DNA from: an uncultured Methanosarcinales archaeon
GTDB taxonomy: Archaea > Nanobdellota > Nanobdellia > Woesearchaeales > ARS49
NCBI GenBank assembly: GCA_964617195.1
Contig: CAZTVK010000019.1
Coordinates: 144,793-208,792, forward strand
Direction: 5' to 3'
Length of the DNA stretch: 64,000 bases
Made by a program: the position numbers and the translations under genes. The number at the start of each line of letters is the position of its first letter. Position 1 is the stretch's first letter. This document shows positions 36,817 to 46,334 of the stretch, piece after piece. The notes below the pieces were generated by a model. The model saw nothing but the letters and a program-made list of their open reading frames with translations, had not been told where the DNA came from and did no database searches.

Positions 36817-37751
36817 TACTCTTCGCCCGTAGCCTTCACAACAACAGTATCCTGAATGTTCTGCGCGTAATCATAAATCGCCTCAACACTCACCAACTGC
36901 TCAAAGTCAGACCTAGACGAAATAGACTGAGCACAAGAAACAATCTTGCTGCCACCATACAAAGTCACAAAGCCCTCAGCACCATTACTAGTCGTTTCTA
37001 AACCAGTGCATTGCAAGCCAGGCAAATCAGTCTTTACAATAACGTAAACCCTGTTCTCAAACTTGCGCTGCGACAAATCACAAACAGAATTACGCTCAAA
37101 CACATCACCACTACCAGAATTCTTAATTTCAAACGTTAAACCAATCTTGTCCTTAGCACGAGTGTTCTCCTTGAAATCAGCAATCTGCACAGGAGCGCCA
37201 CTATTATACAAAGGCTTATTCTCATTCAACTCACAAATACCACCAGCACGCGGCGTCAATAAATTCTCACGAACGCACAACTTGCTCACAGCCTTTGTCC
37301 TATACAAATAACAAACATCAGCCCTAATAGTAAACTGAGCAGTAGCTCCTGCAATCAAACTATTATGATTCAAACCAGTGAACTCAACAAAAACCTGAGG
37401 ACCAGGCAAAACATTACCCTGAGGATCCTTACGAGTCTCAATCACGTCATCAGGAGCATTCAACACCAAACCATCATCAGACTTAGAAAACTCAGGAGGG
37501 TTAATTCCTGAAATCTTGACCTTCACATTCTGAGCAGGAACCAAAGTCTCGCCCTTATTCTCAAGCTTCACAATAACGTCAAAAGGATCATTACCACCAT
37601 CAAAAACTTCCTTCCTAAAATCCTGAAAACTAAGCAACAAACCCTGAGTGCCGCCAACAAAAGGACTCTCGATAGAAACACTCTTCTTAGCACCAGGCTT
37701 GCACGCTATTACCAACAAGAGCAACATCAAAACAACTAGCAATCTCCTCAT
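36816..37751 (-). CDS. secreted lipoprotein, paralog A of a 3-member tandem family
   Basis: signal peptide + lipobox 'LVIAC'; shared 'CY.Y', 'GAP(I/V)', 'N.G.GDVF', C-terminal 'YDYA/RYGY' with neighbours. Confidence 0.6.
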   Translation of the reverse strand: MRRLLVVLMLLLLVIACKPGAKKSVSIESPFVGGTQGLLLSFQDFRKEVFDGGNDPFDVIVKLENKGETLVPAQNVKVKISGINPPEFSKSDDGLVLNAPDDVIETRKDPQGNVLPGPQVFVEFTGLNHNSLIAGATAQFTIRADVCYLYRTKAVSKLCVRENLLTPRAGGICELNENKPLYNSGAPVQIADFKENTRAKDKIGLTFEIKNSGSGDVFERNSVCDLSQRKFENRVYVIVKTDLPGLQCTGLETTSNGAEGFVTLYGGSKIVSCAQSISSRSDFEQLVSVEAIYDYAQNIQDTVVVKATGEE

Positions 37752-37785
37752 TTTTACACTTCACACTCTTTTTTGTTATTAAACC

Positions 37786-38739
37786 TTACGAAATAGGACG
37801 AATCTCAATCGGCCTGGCAATACTCTGACGATAACCATATCTCAAAATGACATTCAAAGGAGTTACGTACGGACTCTGCTCGCGCATGCCCATAAACTCA
37901 CAGAACAATGTAGCTTGACCATTAGTCAAACGAATATGACCGTCCATCTGATCAACAGGCTTGCAAGTTTCCCTAATGCTCACATCAGCCACGCTAACCT
38001 CGGCAACCTGAATGAAATCAATCTCGTCAAAACCCAAACCAGGATTATAAGGACTGCAGCTATCCATGTACTGAGGACCAAAGCGGAACACGTCACCGCC
38101 GCCAACATTCGAAATACGGATTGTAAACCTAGTCTTTCCAGGAGAAGCATCAACACCAACAGTTGACACTGCAATCGGAGCGCCCTGACTGCCAGGAGAA
38201 ACCATTGTCGGTATGCAAACTTTTTGAACACTCACAGGACCATACGGATTCGGATCAATACACACTTGAGCACTGGCTACAGTCTCATAATTATAACATG
38301 CAGTAGCGAGAATAGTCGGAGTATACTTGTCAATCCTCTTGCCAGTCAAAGACTGGATAGTAGCCCTAAAGTTAACAGTATCAATCCCGCCCTGAGGCAT
38401 AAAAGGACCACGACCCTCCATCACAGGAATCTGCTCACCATACGTGTTAATGCCAGTAATAATTGTATTATCAAAACCAGACAAATAAACCCTATCATAA
38501 GGAGCACCAACAGTGCTAGTTCCCCTGTTCTCAACCTGAATCATTGCATTAAAAGGCTCTCTGTCAAACAATCTCGGAGGAGGCAAATTAGGAACAAAAG
38601 TAAGCATCAAACCCTGAGAACCAGACCTGAAATCAACAGGCTGCGCCTCCTTAGCCTTTCTGCCACCAGCACACGCGACCAGCAATACAAGAAGGAACAC
38701 AACGATAACGCTCTTTTTCATAAACGTCATTCCAATCAC
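37786..38739 (-). CDS. secreted lipoprotein, paralog B
   Basis: signal peptide + lipobox 'LLVAC'; paralog motifs as above. Confidence 0.6.
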   Translation of the reverse strand: MIGMTFMKKSVIVVFLLVLLVACAGGRKAKEAQPVDFRSGSQGLMLTFVPNLPPPRLFDREPFNAMIQVENRGTSTVGAPYDRVYLSGFDNTIITGINTYGEQIPVMEGRGPFMPQGGIDTVNFRATIQSLTGKRIDKYTPTILATACYNYETVASAQVCIDPNPYGPVSVQKVCIPTMVSPGSQGAPIAVSTVGVDASPGKTRFTIRISNVGGGDVFRFGPQYMDSCSPYNPGLGFDEIDFIQVAEVSVADVSIRETCKPVDQMDGHIRLTNGQATLFCEFMGMREQSPYVTPLNVILRYGYRQSIARPIEIRPIS

Positions 38740-38763
38740 TTCCTTATAAATACTTTTTGGTAA

Positions 38764-39723
38764 CTACCTGCTACACGGCTGCTGCTGCGGAAGCTGCGAG
38801 ACCCTCACAGGGAACACAGCAGTATTCACATAACCATACCTAAGCTCAACAGTCAAAACAGTGCTAAACGTGCCAGCAGACATATCATAAATCATATTCG
38901 GATCAGAGCACACAAACGTAGTCTCAACACCAGCCTCAATAGGCACAATACTCCTATCAGTATCCTTCTCTACAGGCGCGCACTTCAAAGATTGCTCTTG
39001 CAGTTCAACATACACATCAGCAAATGGCATCAATTTCTCACGACCCATCTCCTTGCCACTACTGCACGCCAATTCAACATCACTTTCCCTCACAACACTT
39101 CCATAACCCAAGTTTTGCACAAACACGGCAAAACTCGGCCTAACTTTTCCATCAGGAGTAGGAACCATAACAGTCTCCACACGCGTAATCGCAATAGGAG
39201 CGCCCTGCCCTCCAGCCAAAACAACAGGCCCAGACTTACACGGCTTGTTCTTACTAAAACCACGAATATCAGGATCAACACAAACCGGAACGCTCGCCCA
39301 CGTCCTATAAGGATAACAAGCCTGGAAAATCAAAGCAGAAGAATACGACTCCAACTTTTTCGGCAAGTCCAAACTCTCAAACTTCAGCCTAGTGCTGGCA
39401 GTAAAGCCACCAACAGGATTATACTGGCTCTTGCCAACAATCGAAAAATTACTCTGCCTCACGCCAAGAGGCTTGAAAAACTGGTCTTCAACAATCCAAG
39501 TATAATGCCCGTCCTCAATATTCCAAGCGCCAGTATTGCGCAATTCAACAAAAGCCTCACCCTGGCCACACATGAACAAACTACTAGTCGACGCAGGATT
39601 AAAACCAATTTCCAAAGAAGAAGTTCCAACCCTTACAGAAGCAGGAATATCAGGAACTTTCGCACGAGGCTGAGTCAACTGGCAAGCGACTAGCAGTAGC
39701 AATAAAAAAACAAGCTTTCTCAC
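38764..39723 (-). CDS. secreted lipoprotein, paralog C
   Basis: signal peptide + lipobox 'LLVAC'; paralog motifs as above. Confidence 0.6.
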   Translation of the reverse strand: MRKLVFLLLLLVACQLTQPRAKVPDIPASVRVGTSSLEIGFNPASTSSLFMCGQGEAFVELRNTGAWNIEDGHYTWIVEDQFFKPLGVRQSNFSIVGKSQYNPVGGFTASTRLKFESLDLPKKLESYSSALIFQACYPYRTWASVPVCVDPDIRGFSKNKPCKSGPVVLAGGQGAPIAITRVETVMVPTPDGKVRPSFAVFVQNLGYGSVVRESDVELACSSGKEMGREKLMPFADVYVELQEQSLKCAPVEKDTDRSIVPIEAGVETTFVCSDPNMIYDMSAGTFSTVLTVELRYGYVNTAVFPVRVSQLPQQQPCSR

Positions 39724-41825
39724 TTCTTAACCTCTTGCTTCACAGTCACACTCGCCTCTTTCTTAATCCTGTAAGTGTAAAAAATTTCAGACTTAAAACT
39801 TCTGATAGACATAGGAGCGCCACCTAAAACAATAGCAATACCTTGAGGATCAATGTCAGTATGCACACGCAAAGTCTTAGGCAATGTCACAGGCTTCTGG
39901 ACAAAAAACTTCTTCAAAATTTCTCCTTCCAAAACACACTCGTGCTCTTTCATAGAGTTAGGCGAACACTTGACAGCAACGCCATCAACATCCTTAATCA
40001 CCAAACCAGGAGGCGCAGTAATCACGATCTTCGAAACCTCCAACAACTCGCCCTCAATCCAATTCCTATCAAGAGTAATTCCGAGAGTCGGGCCAAACGA
40101 ATCATCAGCAGAATTAGGAGTTGTCAAAGGAATTGGCTGCTGAGCAACACCCATACCAACCTTCAAAGGACCTCCTGTAAAGATTGCGACAGGATTCTTA
40201 TCAGTAATCTCAAACTGGTCAAGAGGATTTGAATTATCCTCAGAATGCTGACGCTTATATGCCCTAATACGGTCCTGCTCCATAAAATAAACCTTCAAAA
40301 ACGAATTTGTTACGAAAGTAAAAGAAGTATCCAAAACAATACGCTGAGGACCCATCTTGCTAGCAGCAGAAATAATGCAATCAATATCCTGACTCTCATA
40401 CTCCTCAACAACAAATTTAGACCGCGGCCTAATCGTGCCAAGCTCTAAAGGAACAGACTCCTCATAACACGTCACAGAAACATTCAACTGCTCATCTGTC
40501 TTGAAAGACGTAGCACGCAAGCGCGCAAACACGTCAATCTGGCCTTCAGGAGAAACAAACTTTGAAGTCACTCCGACATTCTCCAAAAACACACCTAGAG
40601 GTTTCTTACTCTCAGCCTCAACACCCTCCTCATACTCACCAATACCCATCAAATAATTACTCTTAACACCCTTGACAACCTCTTGTCCAGCACGGCCCAG
40701 CAAACCAAACATGCTATACCAAGCATCAATCTGAGAATCAGTCGCATCACGGAACGGACTGCCAGGAGGCGCGTATATTGATGGCACTACAAATAAAGAA
40801 GTGAAGAACAATACGTTAATCACAACAGCAGCCCATTTCAACCCGCCCTTTCTCGTCAACACCCACATGAAATAACCAAACATCACAACAGTCGTGATGA
40901 TGTGAGGGTAAGCATTACCAAGCTCCATCTGTGCCCAAGCAGACATCCAAAAAATCAAGACGCCACCACCCAAATAAGCGCCGACTTCCAAAAGCCGGCT
41001 AATAGATGTGCGTGCAACATCAAAAGTCAACAGCATAATAGCCAAGACAAAAGAGACAGCTATCGAATTATTAGTCGGAGTGGACATATTCAGCCTGTCC
41101 AAAAGCCAAATAAGAATCGGCAACAAGAAAACAATAAAACTCTTCCTAGGCTCCTTGAAAATCAAGCTGATCAACAAGGCCGCGATGACAGAAAACATCA
41201 CCCAATTCGCAAGCTTGCCAAAACCATACATTCTCAGCAGCAACCACAAGAAAATGCCGACAACGAACATAACAGTCGGTCCAACAGCAGCACCACCAAG
41301 CTTTGCAAAAGCACCACCAACTGCTCCAATAGCTCCACCAAACTTCTTAACAAGCTCTTTTGCATATTTTAATCTAGGCCGCAATGATTTTTTTTCATTC
41401 TTCAAAGCCGAGATCCTATTCTTAAGTGGAACAATTTCTGCCGCGGCTTCTGGATTAACCAATGCTTCTGCGATAGCCAAAGCAATGGCCTTGTAAGCAG
41501 CCCTGATTTCAGAATCAATCTGACTGAGCCTCTCCTTAATCTTCCTAACTTCCTCTTCAGCTTCTTTCTTGGCGTGTTCAAGCCTTTCTTTTTCCTCTTC
41601 CTCAAACTCTTCTTTCAGCCTCTTCTCTGCCTCAATTCTTTCTTCATGAGCTCTTTCTTCCTCCCTGCTTGGACCAGCAGGTTGTGCAGGAGCTGATGGT
41701 TGCGGCTGTGCAGGCCTGGCAGCACCATTAGAATAGAATGCAGGTTTAGCAGTTCCATTGACAGAAGGAGTTGAAACCCTCGGAGGAGCCGCAGGAGGGG
41801 CAACAGGAGGAGCGCCTTGTGGCAT
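39720..41825 (-). CDS. large polytopic membrane protein: Pro-rich/coiled-coil cytoplasmic N-domain, ~7 TM, ~350-aa extracytoplasmic C-domain
   Basis: 701 aa; N-term 'PPVAPPAAPP' then E/K-rich coiled coil; Gly-rich 'FGGAIGAVGGAFAKLGGAAVG'; multiple hydrophobic spans. Confidence 0.6.
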   Translation of the reverse strand: MPQGAPPVAPPAAPPRVSTPSVNGTAKPAFYSNGAARPAQPQPSAPAQPAGPSREEERAHEERIEAEKRLKEEFEEEEKERLEHAKKEAEEEVRKIKERLSQIDSEIRAAYKAIALAIAEALVNPEAAAEIVPLKNRISALKNEKKSLRPRLKYAKELVKKFGGAIGAVGGAFAKLGGAAVGPTVMFVVGIFLWLLLRMYGFGKLANWVMFSVIAALLISLIFKEPRKSFIVFLLPILIWLLDRLNMSTPTNNSIAVSFVLAIMLLTFDVARTSISRLLEVGAYLGGGVLIFWMSAWAQMELGNAYPHIITTVVMFGYFMWVLTRKGGLKWAAVVINVLFFTSLFVVPSIYAPPGSPFRDATDSQIDAWYSMFGLLGRAGQEVVKGVKSNYLMGIGEYEEGVEAESKKPLGVFLENVGVTSKFVSPEGQIDVFARLRATSFKTDEQLNVSVTCYEESVPLELGTIRPRSKFVVEEYESQDIDCIISAASKMGPQRIVLDTSFTFVTNSFLKVYFMEQDRIRAYKRQHSEDNSNPLDQFEITDKNPVAIFTGGPLKVGMGVAQQPIPLTTPNSADDSFGPTLGITLDRNWIEGELLEVSKIVITAPPGLVIKDVDGVAVKCSPNSMKEHECVLEGEILKKFFVQKPVTLPKTLRVHTDIDPQGIAIVLGGAPMSIRSFKSEIFYTYRIKKEASVTVKQEVKK

Positions 41826-41828
41826 GGC

Positions 41829-42989
41829 CTACTCCGCTCGAATTTCAAGCCTGACAACATCAAGCTCGGCCAGCGGCTGAATCTCAATATAGTTATTGCC
41901 CTCGCGAATAATAGAACTAATATCACGAGCAAATTTCGGTTCACGCTGGTCAATCACGTCAAGCTTACCATTAATGTTAGTCTTAGCACGCTTCACCCTA
42001 CCATCATCAACAAACTCAATATCAAGAATGATGCGCGCTTTCTTATCAAGCACAGAATTGTACAAGCTCGGCTTCACATCAAAAAAGTCAACCCACGCGC
42101 GCACAGGCTTGATAACAGTCCTCGTGCGCACCTGCTCAATACGATAACTACCCTTAACAATCCTGAAAATCAAAGTGTTCTTGCCATCACGCAAGTCCTC
42201 AAGATACAACTCTTGCCTGTTCAAACTCTCACAAGCAGGAACAGAACTCGAAATAAGCTTTCCATTAAGCTCGATAACCATAGTACCAACACTCTTCTGC
42301 TCGCAAATTGGGTAAAAGTCAAGATAACCAGACTCAAAATTACTCATCTCAACAGAAGAAATACTGAACGTGTTAGTTGATTTTTGTTTTTCAAGATCAG
42401 TAATGTCGCCAATAACCTTGATATCAGCAAAAGAATATTTCCTTTTAGACAAAAATCCGCCCTTCACTGAAAATTCCAAAGTATTAGATTCACGCAACAA
42501 ACTCTTGGACAAAGCAACAGGAGGAGGATTCTGCAACGGCACAGGAGATTCAAAAATCAACGCGCCATTCAACATAATAACCAAAGTGCCCCTGCGCTCA
42601 GGCGCCTGAAAGCTCAACACAACATTCTCAGTGTTCTCCAAATCGGGAATGCTGAAAGAGAAAATTCTTTTCGCCTCACTGAACCAGCCCTTCTTAATCA
42701 TGAAAGGATTTTCCTTGGCCAAAATCTGAGCGTTCCTGGTTTCGACCAAATAAATATTCGGCAAAGGATGGTCAAACTGGTTGCGAGAAACAAACTGAAG
42801 CCTGCCAACAGGCGATTGCAACAAAACTTCCTCAGGCCCGCCATCCCCAGTAACGTTTCCATCACCAAGCAAAGCCTCACGCTCACTAGGAGGCAAGAAT
42901 AGAATATAAAAAATGAATATGAGAGTCATGATGCCAATCAAAGCAGCAGCTGGGCTTCCACTCTGAAGTTTTTGACCACGCCTATTCAT
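41829..42989 (-). CDS. N-terminally membrane-anchored extracytoplasmic protein
   Basis: start at M26 of longer ORF (SD 'aaaggtgat' 6 nt upstream); N-term 'MNRRGQ...AAALIGIMTLIFIFYILFL'. Confidence 0.5.
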   Translation of the reverse strand: MNRRGQKLQSGSPAAALIGIMTLIFIFYILFLPPSEREALLGDGNVTGDGGPEEVLLQSPVGRLQFVSRNQFDHPLPNIYLVETRNAQILAKENPFMIKKGWFSEAKRIFSFSIPDLENTENVVLSFQAPERRGTLVIMLNGALIFESPVPLQNPPPVALSKSLLRESNTLEFSVKGGFLSKRKYSFADIKVIGDITDLEKQKSTNTFSISSVEMSNFESGYLDFYPICEQKSVGTMVIELNGKLISSSVPACESLNRQELYLEDLRDGKNTLIFRIVKGSYRIEQVRTRTVIKPVRAWVDFFDVKPSLYNSVLDKKARIILDIEFVDDGRVKRAKTNINGKLDVIDQREPKFARDISSIIREGNNYIEIQPLAELDVVRLEIRAE

Positions 42990-43125
42990 GAAATCACCTT
43001 TTTTTCCTGAACGATAAACCATCCTGGAGACTATATAAACATTTCTACAATCAAAGCAGCACAATTTAGCGCAACATTTATATACTATTTACTATTGAAA
43101 AGGAGTAAATTATGGGGGAGTTCAT

Positions 43126-43587
43126 ATGAATAGAATACTTAAACTGTTAATCGCAACGTTATTCGTTCTACCAATAGTATCAGCTTCACACAACAGCTAT
43201 GAAAGCTACGGAAACTACGACTATTCATCCCACAAAGACTTCGAATATGTGAATTACCACGAAACAGAAGACGTGTATCGAAATTCTAACCGTGACTCAT
43301 GCGGCTATTACGATTACGACTATTACGGCTCAACATGCAACAATTACGGCGACAGCTACTCATTCCACAGAAGCAGAGACTTTGAATTCGGAAGATACAG
43401 CGAAGACATCTACGCATCAGGAAACTCAAACAGCGGCTACTCAAACTACGGGTATGATACATACCACTACCCGTCAAGCGGCTACTACCCAACATACAGC
43501 TATGACTACGACACAGACTACGAGGGCGGAAGGTACAGCGCAGGAATAGGAATGGGAATGTACGGCTATCTTCCATACGACTACTAA
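43126..43587 (+). CDS. secreted Tyr/Ser/Asp/Gly-rich low-complexity protein
   Basis: Sec signal 'LLIATLFVLPIVSASHN'; ~20% Tyr, repeated 'YDYDYYG', 'SGYSNYGYDTYHY'. Confidence 0.55.
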   Translation: MNRILKLLIATLFVLPIVSASHNSYESYGNYDYSSHKDFEYVNYHETEDVYRNSNRDSCGYYDYDYYGSTCNNYGDSYSFHRSRDFEFGRYSEDIYASGNSNSGYSNYGYDTYHYPSSGYYPTYSYDYDTDYEGGRYSAGIGMGMYGYLPYDY

Positions 43588-44153
43588 TGAAATACGCACT
43601 CATTTTTTTAATACTAATCAGCACAGCAACAGCAACACACGACTTCTACTTTTACAACAACGAGAATGACTTGCACTATAATGTTGCAGGTGCTTTATAC
43701 GACCCATTTGACGGGCATGACGTAGAAGACGTAGTAGATTTTGACGATTACGAATGCATATCCCTAGAAGATCACAATTACTACGCAAATCTAGACCCAT
43801 ACGACGGAATGGACCCTTACACTTCGAAAAACATTGGAAGCAGATTTGACGACCTACGCTACGAAGACCAGATCACAATCATCAACGAAAACCCAAGCGA
43901 CAAATGGGATTCAAATGACGTTAATGACGAAGGCGACATGGAATGCTGGACACTAAAAGACTACAACAGTTATGCAGATGACAGCCAAAGCGACGAATGG
44001 GATGAAGTGTACTTCCACGACTTTGACGATTTAGAAACAGTAAATGAAATCGGAATCCGCAGATACGGATTCATAGAACCAGACGACCTAGCAACGTTTG
44101 ACTTGCAGTACACCGCGCCTCACTACGACGACTACGATTATTATTACAGATAA
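43587..44153 (+). CDS. secreted hyper-acidic Asp/Glu/Tyr-rich protein
   Basis: Sec signal 'ALIFLILISTATATHD'; >20% Asp, paired Cys; start overlaps previous stop. Confidence 0.55.
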   Translation: MKYALIFLILISTATATHDFYFYNNENDLHYNVAGALYDPFDGHDVEDVVDFDDYECISLEDHNYYANLDPYDGMDPYTSKNIGSRFDDLRYEDQITIINENPSDKWDSNDVNDEGDMECWTLKDYNSYADDSQSDEWDEVYFHDFDDLETVNEIGIRRYGFIEPDDLATFDLQYTAPHYDDYDYYYR

Positions 44154-44186
44154 ACCTTTTAAACAGACTTCTTTCCATTCTTACTT

Positions 44187-45242
44187 ATGAAGATACTCAA
44201 GAAAGACATACGACATGGAGAAATCAAATTGTTAGTTGAAACACCAGAAGACGTCTGGTACGTCTCACAACTACTTGACCCTGGAGACACCATCAAAGGC
44301 AAAACGCCAAGAAAAGTAAAAGTAAGCGAAGAAGCAGACGCAACAAAAAGAATGGTCTTAATCGCACTAACAGTAGAAAAAGCAGATTTCTCAAAAACAA
44401 CAAACGCACTGCGAGCAAGCGGCAAAATAATCGAAGCACCAGAAGACATCCCTCACGGAACCTACCACACATTCGCCATAGAACCAGGAAGCACAATCAC
44501 CATAACAAAAGAACACTGGTACGGCTACCAGCTAGACAGACTAACAGAAGCAACAGAAACAAAAATACCAAACATCATAATCTGCGTCTTCGACAGAGAA
44601 GAAGCATTCTTTGCGCGAATAAAAAGACCAATGCCGGAAATAATCGCGCACGTCGAAGGAGACGTTGAAAAGAAAAGAACAGGAATAAAAGTCAAAACAA
44701 GCTTTTACGAAGAAATAATAAAATTACTAGAACAATACAACCAAAGATACAAACTTGATTACATAATTTTAGCATCACCCGCATTCTGGAAAGAAGATTT
44801 GCTAAAAGTCCTCAAAAATGACGAGCTAAAGAAAAAAATCATACAAGCAACATGCAGCTCAGTCGATGAAGGCGCCATTGCAGAAGTCATGCGGCGCGAT
44901 GAAGTACAAACAGCACTAAAACAAGAACGCACATCACGCGAGTTAGTGCTTGTAGAAAAAGTCCTTGGCGAAATCGCGAAAAAAGGAGCAGTAGTTTATG
45001 GCGTTGCGAAAACAGAAGAAGCATCAGCATCAGGAGCAGTCGACACTTTACTCATCACTGACGGACTCATACAAAAACTAAGACAAGAAAATAACTTTCA
45101 ACGAGTAGACAGCATAATGCGAAGCGTAGACAAACAAAAAGGAACAGTTGTAATCATCTCAAGCGAACATTCAGGCGGCAAAAAAATAGACGGAATAGGC
45201 GGAATAGCTGCTTTATTACGATATAAACTATCATACGAATAG
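44187..45242 (+). CDS. pelA: Pelota / Dom34 (aRF1-like mRNA surveillance factor)
   Basis: 'MKILKKDIRHGEIKLLVETPEDVWYVSQLLDPGD' and eRF1 domains 2/3. Confidence 0.88.
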   Translation: MKILKKDIRHGEIKLLVETPEDVWYVSQLLDPGDTIKGKTPRKVKVSEEADATKRMVLIALTVEKADFSKTTNALRASGKIIEAPEDIPHGTYHTFAIEPGSTITITKEHWYGYQLDRLTEATETKIPNIIICVFDREEAFFARIKRPMPEIIAHVEGDVEKKRTGIKVKTSFYEEIIKLLEQYNQRYKLDYIILASPAFWKEDLLKVLKNDELKKKIIQATCSSVDEGAIAEVMRRDEVQTALKQERTSRELVLVEKVLGEIAKKGAVVYGVAKTEEASASGAVDTLLITDGLIQKLRQENNFQRVDSIMRSVDKQKGTVVIISSEHSGGKKIDGIGGIAALLRYKLSYE

Positions 45243-45443
45243 TAACCATAGCTTCTCAACGATATTTTTTCATCCTCTAAATGCTTAAATATCTCCCAGC
45301 TCTTGAAATGTATGACTTCAGAGTGGCAAACCCCCTGCTGAAGTACGATTTTGAAGGTAAAACACCTAGGACCACTAGAAAAGTACGACCAAAAAGTTTT
45401 AATACCGAATTGTTTTACCTCAGGTGAATAACAAAAACGTGTT

Positions 45444-45477
45444 ACGGAAAAACCGGAGTGAAAATTCCGTTTTCCGT
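45444..45477. promoter_or_regulatory. inverted repeat ACGGAAAA-N18-TTTTCCGT upstream of TrmB-like gene 2 (contains ACGGA-N4-ACCGGAG)
   Basis: read directly; 22 nt upstream of ATG 45500; followed by G-rich SD-like 'ggggggagggtg'. Confidence 0.5.
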
Positions 45478-45499
45478 GCAAAAAGGGGGGAGGGTGTAA

Positions 45500-46309
45500 A
45501 TGATTGTTAAAGAAGAGTTTTTAAGCAAACTCAGGCGTTACTTTGTCCTGAACTTATATGAAGTCAAAATCTGGACTGCACTATTATCGCGAGGAGTTGC
45601 GACAGCAGGCGAACTATCTGACATCGCAAACGTGCCAAGAAGCAGAAGCTATGACGTTCTAGAAAGCCTGGAAAAGAAAGGTTTCGTAATAATGAAGCTC
45701 GGCAAGCCAATCAAATACATCGCAGTATCACCAACAGAAGTACTTGAACGCGTCAAGAAAAACTTGTCAGAAGAAGCAATAGAAAGAGTCAAGCGCCTAG
45801 AAGATCTGAAGAAAACAGACGTCCTCGGCGAATTGAACACACTGCACACGCAAGGCATCGAACTAGTCGAGCCATCAGAACTATCCGGCTCACTGCGCGG
45901 ACGCCACAACTTGTACTCACACCTTGAACTTGGCATCAGGAACGCGCAAAAAAGCGTCACCATAATGACAACGTCACAAGGACTGATGAGAAAAGTCGAA
46001 GGCCTGAAACCAGTCTTTGAAAAACTCAGAAAGAAAGGAGTCAAAATAAGAATAGCAGCTCCACTGACAAAAGAAACCAAAGACGCAGTACAAGACATCC
46101 AAGACGTTGCAGAAGTCAAACACACAGACAGCAAAGCAAGATTCTGCATAGTCGACGGCAAAGACCTCGTATTCATGATAATGGACGACCAAGAAGTTCA
46201 CCCAACATACGACGTTGGAATCTGGGTCAACACGCCATTCTTTGCCAGCGCACTAGAAGGAATGTTCAACACTGCATGGAAGGGAATGAAGGACCCATCC
46301 TTTAAGTGA
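45500..46309 (+). CDS. TrmB-family transcriptional regulator (paralog 2)
   Basis: near-identical HTH stretch to 24206 gene ('KIWTALLSRGVATAGELSDIANVPRSRSYDVLESLEKKGFVIMKLGKPIKYIAV'). Confidence 0.8.
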   Translation: MIVKEEFLSKLRRYFVLNLYEVKIWTALLSRGVATAGELSDIANVPRSRSYDVLESLEKKGFVIMKLGKPIKYIAVSPTEVLERVKKNLSEEAIERVKRLEDLKKTDVLGELNTLHTQGIELVEPSELSGSLRGRHNLYSHLELGIRNAQKSVTIMTTSQGLMRKVEGLKPVFEKLRKKGVKIRIAAPLTKETKDAVQDIQDVAEVKHTDSKARFCIVDGKDLVFMIMDDQEVHPTYDVGIWVNTPFFASALEGMFNTAWKGMKDPSFK

Positions 46310-46334
46310 TTTATTTTTTCTTTCACTTCTTTTT

